Part shown: piece after piece, positions 10,543-21,187 of the stretch
Layout of the letters: every line of letters begins with the position of its first letter
Position numbering within the stretch: the first letter of the stretch is position 1
NCBI GenBank assembly: GCA_963771465.1
Contig: CAVYTU010000014.1
Span: 512,001 to 576,000 of the forward strand
From: an uncultured delta proteobacterium
GTDB lineage: Bacteria > Desulfobacterota > Binatia > UBA9968
Direction: 5' to 3'
Length of the DNA: 64,000 nucleotides
Notes under the pieces: model-generated
What the model saw: the letters and a program-made list of their open reading frames with translations, nothing else
Database searches by the model: none
Told to the model about the DNA's origin: nothing
Program-made: the position numbers and the translations under genes

Positions 10543-11422
10543 AGTAAGCGCTCTGTTTTTGCTAAGTTCCCTTTTGCTAGTGTCCGCTCGCGCAAACGCG
10601 CAGAGCAACAACAGAGAGCTGATCGCCAAGGGCCAGTATATCTTCGCCGTCGCCGGCGGCTGCGCCTGCCATACCGAGCCGAAGAAAGAAGCGAACGTTG
10701 GCGCGCGTCCTTTTCCAATTCCTTTCGGCAAGGTCTACAGCACCAACATCACCCAAGATAAAGAAACCGGCTTGGGCGCTTGGACTGACCAGCAAATTCA
10801 AGACGCCATCGTCAAAGGCGTGCGCCGCGACGGCAGCAAACTTTTGCCGGTCATGCCCTTCGAAAAATACTCCGGCATGGCCCAAGAGGATTTAAAAGCG
10901 CTGATCGCTTATCTGCGCACGCTCAAGGCAGTAAAGAAAGCTACACCAGAGCTGCAAACCTGGGCGCCCTTCGCGCGCAGCATCGGCACACGCTTGTATC
11001 TAACGGTCTTCGGACGCCTTTCCGCTCCACCGGCGCAAGCGCCCAAGAGCGGCATCGAACGCGGCCGTTATCTCGTCGAACACGTCGCCATTTGCGGCGA
11101 TTGCCATACACCGAGAAATTTTATCGGCGCGCCCAAGCGCTCGCTCTACATGGCAGGAATGACCGAGAAGGATAGTCCCCTCAACGAAGGAGTGCCCAAC
11201 ATCACCCCCGACAAAGAGACTGGCATCAGCGATTGGAAGCGAGAAGATATCGTTGAGCTGTTGAAGTCCGGCATCAAGCCCGACCTCGACAACGTGCAAG
11301 GCCTCATGTACGAAGTGATCCAAGGCGTCGGCCACGGCTACAAAGACATGACCAAAGAAGATGCCCTGGCGATCGCCGACTACATCAAATCGATTCCGGC
11401 GATCAAAAATAAGGTGAAGTAG
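10520..11422 (+). CDS. Periplasmic diheme cytochrome c (first motif contracted CxCH)
   Basis: Signal peptide; CACH and CGDCH; repeated NIT.DKETG...W; ATG at 10520 is in frame with the ORF. Confidence 0.85.
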   Translation: MKPLAVIRVSALFLLSSLLLVSARANAQSNNRELIAKGQYIFAVAGGCACHTEPKKEANVGARPFPIPFGKVYSTNITQDKETGLGAWTDQQIQDAIVKGVRRDGSKLLPVMPFEKYSGMAQEDLKALIAYLRTLKAVKKATPELQTWAPFARSIGTRLYLTVFGRLSAPPAQAPKSGIERGRYLVEHVAICGDCHTPRNFIGAPKRSLYMAGMTEKDSPLNEGVPNITPDKETGISDWKREDIVELLKSGIKPDLDNVQGLMYEVIQGVGHGYKDMTKEDALAIADYIKSIPAIKNKVK

Positions 11423-11444
11423 CTTCGATCGGTCGTCGCACTCG

Positions 11445-12434
11445 CTAGGTTCGCTTTACCTGCTTGACCACCTCGGCGAGAATTTGATCTGCGCTCACGT
11501 TCTCGGCTTCGGCTTGGAAGTTGAGGATGATGCGGTGGCGCAGCGAGGGAGATACCATCTTTTCGACATCTTCATAACTCACATGCACCCGGCCTTCGGC
11601 GAGCGCGTTGCCTTTGGCGCCGAGAATGATTGATTGCGCGCCGCGCGGGCTTGACCCGAAGCGGATGAACTGCTTGACCGACGGGTTCGCTGTCCCGCCG
11701 TTGTGACCGTTCGCTTGGGTCGCGTGCACCAAGCGGACAACATAATCTTCGATCGGCGGCGCGATCATCACCTGGCGCAGAAGTTGTTTCATATCGCTGA
11801 CCAGTTTGCCGCCATCGTCTGGTAACACTTTTGCGCATTCACTAGACTCAGCCCCGGTAGTCCGTTTGAGAATCTCTCGGAGCTCATCGGGCGCCGGCGG
11901 CACCACCAAGAGCTTGAAGAAGAATCGGTCGAGCTGGGCTTCGGGCAACGGGTAAGTGCCTTCGAGCTCGATCGGATTTTGCGTGGCAAGTACCATGAAC
12001 GGCGATTCGAGTATGTGCGATTCACCGAACACAGTCACTTGCTTCTCTTCCATCGCTTCAAGCACCGCCGATTGGGTTTTTGGCGTGGCGCGATTGATCT
12101 CATCGGCCAACACGACATGAGCGAAGATCGGTCCCTGCTTGAATTGAAACTCGCGCCGGCCACTTTCGTCAGTCAGCACTTCCGTGCCGACAATATCCGA
12201 CGGCATCAGGTCCGGTGTAAATTGAATGCGCTTGAAGCTCATGCCGAGCGCACGGCTGAGCGATTTGACCAGCAATGTTTTGCCCAACCCCGGCACACCC
12301 TCTAACAAAATATGGCCGCCGGCAAAAAACGCGATCAGCACTTTTCGAATCACATCGTCATGTCCGACGATCACCTTTTGCACTTCGGCTTCGAGTCGTC
12401 TGAATGTTTGTTGAAATTGCTCCGGCTCCATCAT
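11445..12434 (-). CDS. moxR: MoxR family AAA+ ATPase
   Basis: GVPGLGKT, RIQFTPDLMPSD, DEINRA, ATQNPIE, LPEAQLDRF. Confidence 0.93.
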   Translation of the reverse strand: MMEPEQFQQTFRRLEAEVQKVIVGHDDVIRKVLIAFFAGGHILLEGVPGLGKTLLVKSLSRALGMSFKRIQFTPDLMPSDIVGTEVLTDESGRREFQFKQGPIFAHVVLADEINRATPKTQSAVLEAMEEKQVTVFGESHILESPFMVLATQNPIELEGTYPLPEAQLDRFFFKLLVVPPAPDELREILKRTTGAESSECAKVLPDDGGKLVSDMKQLLRQVMIAPPIEDYVVRLVHATQANGHNGGTANPSVKQFIRFGSSPRGAQSIILGAKGNALAEGRVHVSYEDVEKMVSPSLRHRIILNFQAEAENVSADQILAEVVKQVKRT

Positions 12435-12446
12435 CTCTCTTTCCGA

Positions 12447-13841
12447 TCAACGAATAATGCCACGGTACTCGATCGGCATCTGCTGCTTTTCCGTCGGCGC
12501 ATTAGGAATTTGTGCTGGCAGGGGCGCGTTGCTCATCGGCGGTAGCGGCCGCGCCCGGCCGCCTTTCGATTCTTTTGTCATACGGCCTTCGCTTTTCGAA
12601 TTGGCCTGTACGTCCTCAGGCAGCTGTACCGTCACATAGCGCGGGTTCTTGATGCCGTCTTTACCCTCGCCGGCCTGATAAAACCGCTCTGCCGGCGGCG
12701 CGCCTTGCGGCGGTTCTTCCGAGGCTTGGTTCTTGCCCGCGCCATCTTTAGTACCGCCTTGGTTTTTGTCGAACTTATTATTGTTCTGTTCTTTACCCGG
12801 CTGATTAGGATCAGGCTGATTGCCCTTGGCGTCGCCTGGGCGCTGTTGATTTTTGTCTTGGCCAGGCTCGTTGGGGTTGGCTTGCGCCGACTTGCCCTGC
12901 GGCATGTCCTTGCTCAATTGCGCGCTCGTCTCGCCCTTGCTTTCACCGCCGTCGCCTTGGCTCTGCTTGCCTTCGCCTTGGCCGCTTTCTTGCGGTAAAT
13001 TGGTTTGCAGATTGCCGCCGCCCTTCTGTTGATCTTTTTGTTGATCCTGGCCGCTCGCCGACTGTTGTTGCTCGCTGCCTTTGAGCTGATCTTGAGCTTG
13101 CGCCAGCATATTTTGATTGTCTTTCTCTTGTTCTTGCTTTTGCTGCTCGGCGATTTTTCGCTCGAGCTCTTGAATCGCCGCCTGCTTTTCTTCCGGTTGA
13201 AGCTTGGGATCATCGAGTTTGGCGGCCAGTGCTTTGAGCTGCTGGGATAATTCGTTCAAGCGCGGCGCCTGCGCCATTTTTTCCGCCAAGTCGCGCAGTA
13301 GTTGCTGCGCCGACGGCGGATTCAACAGGGGGTCAACGACAGGTAGAAGAAAATAAAGTAGCAGCGCGACAATCACCGAAACGCCGACGGACCAAAACGT
13401 CGACCGTTTCGGATGGTACGGAAAGTCGTGTTTGAGCTCGACACGGTGCGCAAACTCGTCGGTTTCTCTTCGCAGGCGCGTATGCAATGACTCCGGACAT
13501 TGCGCCGGGTCGATGGTTGCCAAGGTGAGAAAGTGATCTTTCGCGCCAGCGCGCTCGTCGATCATTTGGGCGGCACGCGCAGGCTTGGGGATCAGCGGCC
13601 GATAGCGGAGCAGCACGGCCAAAACACCGATACCCATTGCGCCAATTGCTATCGCCATGGCTGCCGTCTGGCCGACCCAGGCGAACTTTGCGAAGAGGAA
13701 AATAGCCGCGAGTAGTGCCAGCACGGGCGGGACGCAGATGAGCAAAGAATCCCACAGCGCATGGCGGCCCAGTCGAGCCGTCAATCGACGCACTAAACCT
13801 TCCGGTCGTGCCTGCGCTTCAAGGTCGGACAACGGCTTCAT
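12447..13841 (-). CDS. Membrane-anchored coiled-coil protein with Q/G-rich low-complexity tail (MoxR-associated)
   Basis: Three TM segments, coiled coil, Q-rich region, C-terminal MPIEYRGII. Confidence 0.75.
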   Translation of the reverse strand: MKPLSDLEAQARPEGLVRRLTARLGRHALWDSLLICVPPVLALLAAIFLFAKFAWVGQTAAMAIAIGAMGIGVLAVLLRYRPLIPKPARAAQMIDERAGAKDHFLTLATIDPAQCPESLHTRLRRETDEFAHRVELKHDFPYHPKRSTFWSVGVSVIVALLLYFLLPVVDPLLNPPSAQQLLRDLAEKMAQAPRLNELSQQLKALAAKLDDPKLQPEEKQAAIQELERKIAEQQKQEQEKDNQNMLAQAQDQLKGSEQQQSASGQDQQKDQQKGGGNLQTNLPQESGQGEGKQSQGDGGESKGETSAQLSKDMPQGKSAQANPNEPGQDKNQQRPGDAKGNQPDPNQPGKEQNNNKFDKNQGGTKDGAGKNQASEEPPQGAPPAERFYQAGEGKDGIKNPRYVTVQLPEDVQANSKSEGRMTKESKGGRARPLPPMSNAPLPAQIPNAPTEKQQMPIEYRGIIR

Positions 13842-13890
13842 TGAAGAACTATAGCACTTTGACTCGGCCGCTTAAATGCGATCTTGCCAA

Positions 13891-15006
13891 TCATGCGCGG
13901 CGATTCTTTTTTGGCGAGTGGACCGGCGGACGCACCGGCTGAAAAGTTTTCACCGCCTGATTATGCGCTTCGATGGTTTCGGTAAACAAGTGCGAGCCGT
14001 CGTTCTTAGACACGAAATACAAATACGGCACGTTGGCCGGATAGAGCGCGGCTTTGATTGATTCTAGGCTCGGGTTGCAAATCGGTCCCGGCGGCAACGC
14101 GGTGATGCGGTAGGTATTGTAGGGAGTGGCGTCCTGTAGGTCTTTACGGGTTAAATTGCCGTTAAAATCCTTGATGCCGTAGATCACCGTCGGGTCGCTT
14201 TGTAGCGGCATCTGAAGTTTGAGCCGGTTGTGAAACACCGCCGATACCAAGGCACGCTCTTCATGAATCCCGGTCTCCTTCTCGATGATCGACGCCAAAG
14301 TCAGGATTTCATGGGGCGTCAATCGCCTTGCGCCGCCGGACTGCAGCAAAACCGGCTGAGAAATTTTACGAAACTGTTCTGCCATCGTGACGAGGATATC
14401 CTTCTCCGGTGTCGCCGGCGTGAAATGATAAGTGCTCGGGAACAGGTAACCTTCGAATCCCTTATCTTGTAAGCCGAAGCTCGCCAGCAAACTCGGGTCG
14501 ACCGACTCCCGGAGAAATTTGTCTTTATCGGCGATCTGCATTTTATCTAATAGCAGGGCAATTTCTTTGATGGTGAACCCTTCGGGGATCGTCACACTAT
14601 AAAAAATCCCTTTACCACTGACCAGACGGTCGAGAATTTGCTGCGGTGAAACGCCGGTTTCGAAACGGTAAAGTCCCTGATGGATGCGCTTTTCCGCGCC
14701 GCTAAAGCGCGCCCAAAGGGAAAAGAATAAGCCGTTGGAAATGACTTTTTGCTCGCGTAGTTTACGCGACACTGCGGCCAGAGTGTCACCTTGCTCGACG
14801 CGCACCTCGGCCGGCTCCGGCCCGATGGCGGCAATGGAATAATGAACGTTGTACAGCATCAAGCCGGCGCCGAGCAGAGCGACGGTCGCAGCGATGACAA
14901 TACAAGCGAGTAAGGCTCTCACGATTGGTGGTTGGGCGGTAATAGCGGCGGTCGAATCGGCTATTCTGCCGTCAATTAATTTTCCGTCAGGTTGACTTTG
15001 ATCCAA
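13891..15006 (-). CDS. mltG: Endolytic transglycosylase MltG
   Basis: TIPEG, EGYLFPSTY, LASIIEKE, LQSDPTV, YNTY...LPPGPI; start uncertain. Confidence 0.93.
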   Translation of the reverse strand: MDQSQPDGKLIDGRIADSTAAITAQPPIVRALLACIVIAATVALLGAGLMLYNVHYSIAAIGPEPAEVRVEQGDTLAAVSRKLREQKVISNGLFFSLWARFSGAEKRIHQGLYRFETGVSPQQILDRLVSGKGIFYSVTIPEGFTIKEIALLLDKMQIADKDKFLRESVDPSLLASFGLQDKGFEGYLFPSTYHFTPATPEKDILVTMAEQFRKISQPVLLQSGGARRLTPHEILTLASIIEKETGIHEERALVSAVFHNRLKLQMPLQSDPTVIYGIKDFNGNLTRKDLQDATPYNTYRITALPPGPICNPSLESIKAALYPANVPYLYFVSKNDGSHLFTETIEAHNQAVKTFQPVRPPVHSPKKNRRA

Positions 15007-15545
15007 CCTTCGATCTGGCGCAAGAACCCGGCAAAGGGATCTTCTCCCGGCGCCGCTGCGAAGCAGGCCTTGCGCACATAATCCAGCGCGCCGGAATAGT
15101 ATTCGAATTTACTCGACAGCTCCTGAAACAGAAAATAACCGGTCCGATAAAGCGATAAATCGAGCTCGGAAACCGTCCAGTAAGAACGGCTGCCTTCCTG
15201 AAGATAATAGCCGAGCGAGCCTTTCCCTTCGACGTATTGGCGAAAAATCCCACTCATAAAGAGCGCATAGTCGCCAAGATATTTTCGGCGCGAGCGTTCC
15301 TTCAGCAGATCGGTCTCGTCGTTCAGCGCCGGCGCCTGCTGACTGAGTATTTCTACGACAGTGTCAACCTTGCGGCCGTTGCGCCCACGCAGCTTGTAGA
15401 GATTTTCAGAGCGCGCGAACTCGGTCAAGACGTCGCCGACATAGTCGGCAACCGTTGCGTCGTGAATACCCAGTTGCCAAAAGCTCTGGCGTACCGAATG
15501 GCGAAAAAAACTCCCTAACTGGCTGTCCGCTGCTTTGTTGTCCAT
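14976..15545 (-). CDS. Conserved hypothetical protein
   Basis: ATG 15545; motifs DYV.DVLTEF, GDYALFMSGIF, Y.QEGSRSY. Confidence 0.75.
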   Translation of the reverse strand: MDNKAADSQLGSFFRHSVRQSFWQLGIHDATVADYVGDVLTEFARSENLYKLRGRNGRKVDTVVEILSQQAPALNDETDLLKERSRRKYLGDYALFMSGIFRQYVEGKGSLGYYLQEGSRSYWTVSELDLSLYRTGYFLFQELSSKFEYYSGALDYVRKACFAAAPGEDPFAGFLRQIEGWIKVNLTEN

Positions 15546-15790
15546 AACTCGGTAATCATGATACCAATTTTGCCGTTGGCTGAAAAGACAAGTTTTAGAC
15601 GCCAAGCAGAATTGCTATTTGCCGCTTGAAGCCGGGTACCGGGTACCCTGGGGAATTTGAGCAGCGGCGATATAATAACACGCATTTTTGACGAGTCGTG
15701 GCGAACACAAACACTAGCGACAGCCAGGCGCGAAGCCGGTTAATTTCCGTTCCTGGGCACTGCGCAAATCGATTGAGGCTATTTCTCTCG

Positions 15791-16657
15791 GTGCCATTCA
15801 ATCGAGTTTTTCAACCACCATCGCTGCTGATAGCTCTATTACTTGTGAGCTGCCGACCCGAAGACAAGTTAATTTTCTATCCAAGCGCCGAGATAATCCT
15901 TACCCCGCGTCATGTTGGGTTGGAATTCCAAGATCTTTTTTTCACCACAGCTGACGGCGTCCGTCTCAACGGCTGGTTTATTCAGCACCGGGAAGCCCGT
16001 GTTACGCTGGTGTGGTTTCATGGTAACGCGGGCAACATCAGCCACCGAGTCGAGAACATTAAGCTGCTGCACGACAAGGTAAGGGTCAATATTTTCATTT
16101 TCGACTACCGCGGTTACGGCCGCAGCGAAGGCAATGTCTCCGAAGCGGGAACCTATCGGGACGGCGTTGCTGCGCTCGAATTTGTCGTCCAGCAGCTGGG
16201 CGTCAAAACTGAGAATCTGATCATCTTCGGCCGTTCATTGGGCGCGGCGGTTGCAGCGGAAATGGCCAACCGGTTCGATATCCGCGCTTTGATTTTGGAA
16301 ACACCTTTCGTTTCAATCCCGGAAATGGCGAAGAGTGTTTTCCCGCTGCTGCCCATTGGGTCGTTGCTCCAAACTCGCTACGACAATCTTGAAAAAATCG
16401 CCAAGATCAAAGTCCCGCTTCTGGTCTTGCATGGCGACCGCGATGCGGTAATTCCCTACGAGCACGGTCGGAGAGTTTTCAACGCCGCGCCGGGCCCGAA
16501 AGATTTCTACACGATCAGCGGCGCCAGCCACAATGATACTTACATTGTCGGTGGCGACGCCTACTTTGAACGCTTACGAAGCTTTATCGAGATTGTAATG
16601 GCAAGCCGGCCGCCATCGTCTTCGACCGATCACGTCGGCAAGAATGTAACGAAATAA
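15791..16657 (+). CDS. Alpha/beta hydrolase (ABHD13/BEM46-like), possible lipoprotein
   Basis: FHGNAGN, DYRGYG, GRSLG nucleophile, HGDRD, H catalytic; LVSC lipobox-like; start uncertain (15698 or 15791). Confidence 0.87.
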   Translation: MPFNRVFQPPSLLIALLLVSCRPEDKLIFYPSAEIILTPRHVGLEFQDLFFTTADGVRLNGWFIQHREARVTLVWFHGNAGNISHRVENIKLLHDKVRVNIFIFDYRGYGRSEGNVSEAGTYRDGVAALEFVVQQLGVKTENLIIFGRSLGAAVAAEMANRFDIRALILETPFVSIPEMAKSVFPLLPIGSLLQTRYDNLEKIAKIKVPLLVLHGDRDAVIPYEHGRRVFNAAPGPKDFYTISGASHNDTYIVGGDAYFERLRSFIEIVMASRPPSSSTDHVGKNVTK

Positions 16658-16666
16658 TACGTGCTG

Positions 16667-18394
16667 CTAGTCTAACGCTTGCAAGGAAGCGTTGCTTGCC
16701 GGCAAGTAGGCGTTTCTCACGTACTGAGAAACCATCCGTTGGGTGTTGAAGAAGGAACCGTTCAACGCAATCGCCGAACGCATCACTTGGCAGAAGTTAT
16801 CCGGCTCTTTGTAATAAAGTGGTAAAATAACCTGCTCGAGCTTCTGGTACAGCGATGCGGCTTCGGCGTTAGAGTCGTTTTCCGCCGAGTCGTCATCGCC
16901 AATCGACCAACCCGTCACTCCTTCGATATGGCCCTCGATCCACCAACCGTCGAGCACGCTAAAACTCGGCACGCCGTTGAGCGCCGCCTTCATGCCGCTG
17001 GTGCCCGAAGCTTCCTGCGGCCGAAGCGGTGTGTTGAGCCAAACGTCGACACCCGAACAGAGCAGCTTACCCAAAGCCATGTCGTAGTTTTCCAGATAAA
17101 CGACCCGCACATCACTGGCGAGTGTCGCGGCGGCCTCGAAGATCCGCCGAATGATCGCCTTGCCGCCGTCATCGCGCGGATGAGCTTTTCCCGCATAGAC
17201 GAGTTGCAAGGGTCCAGCTTGGCGCGCGAGCTTTTTCAGCCGTTCCAGATCCGTAAATAACAGATCGCCACGCTTATACCCCGTGGCGCGCCGGGCAAAT
17301 CCCAGAGTAAATACTTTTTCATCGAGCTGAACGCCGGTGAGCCAACGCACCTGCTGCAATAAATCCTTTTTCGCCAGGTTGTGCGCCTGACGAATTTCCG
17401 CAACGGGAATGCCTATGGCGTATCGCAGGAAACAATTATCGCTGCGCCACTCGGGAATCGTTCGATCGTATAACGCCGCCAGTGGCGCCGCGGCCCAAGT
17501 GGTTGCATGCACGCCGTTGGTGATCGCGTCGATGTTGTGATTGGGAAACATGCCGCGCGACACTTCACCATGGCGCATCGATACGCCGTTGACGAACCCT
17601 GAGAATTTAAGCGCCAGCTCAGTCATGTTGAGCGAGCCGTTCATGACCCGCAATTGGCTCAACTGGTCCGCTCGTTCCTCACCGAGAACCTGGGAAACCA
17701 ACTCCGCAGTAAAACGATCATGACCCGCCGGCACCGGCGTGTGAGTCGTAAAGGCGCATTGTCGGCGCACGACCTCGACTTCCTTTTCGGAAAATCGATG
17801 CGGCGACTGCGACGCGCAACGTTCTTCCATCAACGCCAGTGTTGCCAATGCCGAATGACCTTCGTTCATGTGAAACAGCCGAATGTCGGCATAACCCAGC
17901 GCGCGCAGCATGCCGACGCCGCCTAAGCCCAGAACGGCCTCCTGGCACAAGCGATAACGTTCGTCACCGCCGTAAAGAAAATCGGTGAAGCCTCGATCCG
18001 CCGAGTCATTTTCTTCCAACTCCGTATCCAAGAAAAACAACGGCACGATGTGTCCGGTGATGCCGACAAAATGGTAGCACCAGGCGCCGACGCGCACTTG
18101 GCGGCCCTCAAGCGACAGCGAAATCTGTAGAGGCAATCGGGTGAGAAAGTTTTCCGGTGACCACTTCGAAGGACTTTCAAGCTGGTTGCCCAACGAGTCG
18201 AGACGCTGTTCGAAATAGCCCTTACGGTGGAGCAGCGAAACCGCCACCATCGGAACCTGTAAATCGGCCGCGGACCGTAACGTGTCACCTGCAAGAACGC
18301 CTAATCCGCCGCTGTAGGTTGGGATAGCGTTATCCACTGCCACGTCCATGGAGAAATAGGCAATGGTTCCCGAAAAGGATGATGCGTCATTCAT
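16667..18394 (-). CDS. glgP: Alpha-glucan (glycogen/starch) phosphorylase
   Basis: YSGGLGVLAGD, HMNEGH, FTTHTP, EASGTSGMK PLP motif. Confidence 0.93.
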   Translation of the reverse strand: MNDASSFSGTIAYFSMDVAVDNAIPTYSGGLGVLAGDTLRSAADLQVPMVAVSLLHRKGYFEQRLDSLGNQLESPSKWSPENFLTRLPLQISLSLEGRQVRVGAWCYHFVGITGHIVPLFFLDTELEENDSADRGFTDFLYGGDERYRLCQEAVLGLGGVGMLRALGYADIRLFHMNEGHSALATLALMEERCASQSPHRFSEKEVEVVRRQCAFTTHTPVPAGHDRFTAELVSQVLGEERADQLSQLRVMNGSLNMTELALKFSGFVNGVSMRHGEVSRGMFPNHNIDAITNGVHATTWAAAPLAALYDRTIPEWRSDNCFLRYAIGIPVAEIRQAHNLAKKDLLQQVRWLTGVQLDEKVFTLGFARRATGYKRGDLLFTDLERLKKLARQAGPLQLVYAGKAHPRDDGGKAIIRRIFEAAATLASDVRVVYLENYDMALGKLLCSGVDVWLNTPLRPQEASGTSGMKAALNGVPSFSVLDGWWIEGHIEGVTGWSIGDDDSAENDSNAEAASLYQKLEQVILPLYYKEPDNFCQVMRSAIALNGSFFNTQRMVSQYVRNAYLPASNASLQALD

Positions 18395-18697
18395 AGAGAC
18401 ATCTATTTGACGAAATTGGTGAACAATCTATCGATAAGAGCGCTCTGAGGAGCAACCTCGTCATTCCCAAAATTTTGGAATTCTGTAACTTGTCAGGGAT
18501 ATTAGCATAGCAACCCCGTCAGCATCAATTCTTTACGACGACTAAAACAGCACAGAATGCAAACATGAGACCAGGATTACTTTTGTACCGGGGACACTCA
18601 GCGATTATGAATTTGCATTATTTGGCTCGCTAGGCAAGAAGAAACGTTTCGATAGAATTTCAGTTAGGTCTTGGATTGCGGATTTGCGAGAGACGGA

Positions 18698-19414
18698 TCA
18701 CAGGCGAAACGCCTTTGTAAGTGCATTCCAGGAGCCATGACCAGCCAAAGTGCGCAACACTGCGACAGTTGGCGGCATCATCGGAAAAGTTCCCGATTGC
18801 AAGCGCTCCAGCGCCATAGCGGCCGATATCCACAGACTTTCCGAAACCTCCTCAGAACTATCCAGCGGCGTCTGTTGTGGCGGCAACGCAGCGAGATAAA
18901 AACGGGTATCAAAGCGCACCGGATAATGTTCCGGAGTGATACGATGAAAGAAATAAACCAGCCGGCTTAGATCGCAGCAAAGGTTTTCAGCGGTTAGCAA
19001 GCTGGAAAACTCCACCCTCCCATCCTGCAGCGCCGCTCGCTTCTCGGCCAATCGCAGAGATAACTCCCGGCTTCCCGAACCGTTCGTTGCACCGCCTTGC
19101 GATACGAATAAATAAATTCCCGCCTCTTCGAAAAGCTCTCGCACAGCCGCGACCCAATGACCGAGGCAAAGTTCTTCGCCTAGCCCGCCACCCAGTTGCT
19201 GCTGCGCGTCGGCGGCGCTAAGGCCGTGGGTCAATCTCTGCATCTCCGGCGATCGGTCACTGTTCTCGACACGCCCACCGGGAAAAACGTAAATACCAGC
19301 GTAAACGTCCATCTTGTCTGGACGGCGATTCATGAAAATTTCAAAACCATCGGCACCATCGGGACGAACTAACACCACCGTTGAAGCAGGTTGGGGAATT
19401 ACCGGTGGCGCCAT
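18698..19414 (-). CDS. NUDIX hydrolase (NUDT19-like)
   Basis: VFPGGRVE ... AAVRELFEEAG, ITP...RFDTRFY. Confidence 0.87.
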   Translation of the reverse strand: MAPPVIPQPASTVVLVRPDGADGFEIFMNRRPDKMDVYAGIYVFPGGRVENSDRSPEMQRLTHGLSAADAQQQLGGGLGEELCLGHWVAAVRELFEEAGIYLFVSQGGATNGSGSRELSLRLAEKRAALQDGRVEFSSLLTAENLCCDLSRLVYFFHRITPEHYPVRFDTRFYLAALPPQQTPLDSSEEVSESLWISAAMALERLQSGTFPMMPPTVAVLRTLAGHGSWNALTKAFRL

Positions 19415-19453
19415 AATTCACGCAATTAACCCAGAGCAAATTCCCAGCCGAAA

Positions 19454-20257
19454 TTAGCTTCGCGACGACGGTTTGCCGATATGAATATGCGCACCTGTCG
19501 CCGACCCAGCGACGGCGTTTCTAAATGCGATAAACGGAATCCCGGCTTGACGCAGATAGCCCAATAGCGATTGTCCTTCCTTGCTATCAGGATGCAGCGC
19601 GACATCTATCGCATTGCGGTGATCGAAGCGCAAGCGATCATGTGTCGCAGTTTGGCCGAAGGCGCTGATCGGCAGCGCGCGGCCGAATGTTCCGGAAAAA
19701 AACTTTTCAATCTTAGAGACATCCATGAGCGCCCAAGGCGACCCGCCGTTAAAACGCATGAAGCTTCCCGACTCGCTGTACCCTCCCACCGCAAGCCCCG
19801 GCAAGCGCAGGAGCTCGTCGCGCATGGTATATTCGGTGATCGCCATGTCGGTTTCGGCGAGCCAGCGCTTATCCTCATCGACTAAAAGCATCGCTTGAGC
19901 CAAAGCATGCTCCGCTTGCAGCACCTCATTTCGCGCGATCAAACCCGAGTAATACTGCTCGCGGCGTTGTTCGTATTGCGCAAGCAGCCGGATCCGTTCC
20001 GCTTCGTGGAGCCTCAGCAGTTTTTCCGCGCCGGCGCGGGTTTCTTTGATTTTCTGAATCACGTCCGTACGCGCCCGCGTGAGTTCCGAATTGCTCGCAC
20101 CGGCGCGACGTAGGCTCGGCGTGCGGTTTGATGATTTGTTCTGAGTCTCTTGCGCAGGTGCCGTAGAGGAATGGATCAATGCGAATATCACGATCACGAA
20201 TACGCCGGCATTGCTGAATCGCGCAAAGTTGTGGCGCCGCGGTGGCCCTTGGAACAT
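19454..20257 (-). CDS. Secreted coiled-coil protein with His-rich C-terminal domain (paralog A)
   Basis: Signal/TM, coiled coil, TH.RL.FDHR..DV.LHPDS...HIHIGKPS. Confidence 0.75.
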   Translation of the reverse strand: MFQGPPRRHNFARFSNAGVFVIVIFALIHSSTAPAQETQNKSSNRTPSLRRAGASNSELTRARTDVIQKIKETRAGAEKLLRLHEAERIRLLAQYEQRREQYYSGLIARNEVLQAEHALAQAMLLVDEDKRWLAETDMAITEYTMRDELLRLPGLAVGGYSESGSFMRFNGGSPWALMDVSKIEKFFSGTFGRALPISAFGQTATHDRLRFDHRNAIDVALHPDSKEGQSLLGYLRQAGIPFIAFRNAVAGSATGAHIHIGKPSSRS

Positions 20258-20401
20258 GCGAGCGAGTTTAAGAATTCTGCCAGCTCGGGTCAAGCGAGCG
20301 TAGTGAGAGCTTCGCTGTGATCGACCCGGTTGTGACTGCGGCCGCGAGCCGATAGTATTCGCGCAGGTGAGGGACGTCATGCCTGCGGCTAAAAAATAAC
20401 C

Positions 20402-21187
20402 ATGAAGAATCGACGATTCGTCAACAGCGTCAGTTGGCTCGGTGTCGCACTATTATTTTCGACAACCGCCCTAGCCGGCGAATCCTCGCGGCTGCCAGAT
20501 ACTATCGAAAAAATTAGGCCGGCTGTGGTCGGCGTTGGAACATTCCAGAAGACTCGTCGGCCGCCCTCGGTCTTTCGCGGCACCGGGTTCGTCGTCGCGG
20601 ATGGCCTCCATGTCATCACCAATGCTCACGTCTTGCCGGAGAAAGTCGATTCGGACAGAAAAGAAATCATCGCGATCTTCGCCGGCAAAGGAAACGTCAT
20701 CGACATCCGTGAAGCGACCAAGATCGCCGAAGATCGCGCCCATGACGTTGCAGTATTGAGAATTACCGGCCAGCCACTGGTTGCGATGTCGCTCGGCGAT
20801 TCGGACAAAGTGCGAGAAGGTGAAACCTATGCATTCACTGGGTTTCCCATCGGCATGGTGCTTGGACTCAATGCGGTGACCCATCGAGGGATTATTTCCG
20901 CAGTCACACCGATCGTCATCCCACAGCTCTCCGGACAGCTCCTGGAGAAAAAGATTTTGACTCGGCTCTTCGCCCCCTATGACATTTTTCAGCTTGACGC
21001 CACCGCTTACCCAGGAAACAGTGGCAGTCCGCTGTACCATCCCGAAACCGGTCAGGTGGTTGGAATTATCAATAAAGTGTTTATTCAGGAGAGCAAAGAA
21101 ACTGTCATTCAAAAACCAAGTGGTATCTCCTACGCCATTCCGATCAAGCATTTGGCAACACTCATCAAGAAGGTCCGACAAGAGTAG
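20402..21187 (+). CDS. Secreted trypsin-like (S1) serine protease without PDZ
   Basis: Signal peptide, GTGF, TNAHV, D, GNSGSP. Confidence 0.87.
   Translation: MKNRRFVNSVSWLGVALLFSTTALAGESSRLPDTIEKIRPAVVGVGTFQKTRRPPSVFRGTGFVVADGLHVITNAHVLPEKVDSDRKEIIAIFAGKGNVIDIREATKIAEDRAHDVAVLRITGQPLVAMSLGDSDKVREGETYAFTGFPIGMVLGLNAVTHRGIISAVTPIVIPQLSGQLLEKKILTRLFAPYDIFQLDATAYPGNSGSPLYHPETGQVVGIINKVFIQESKETVIQKPSGISYAIPIKHLATLIKKVRQE

Noticed and set aside
12600-13200. Tandem DNA repeat or CRISPR in the Q-rich region
   Set aside because: Low-complexity coding sequence with no fixed repeat-spacer period.
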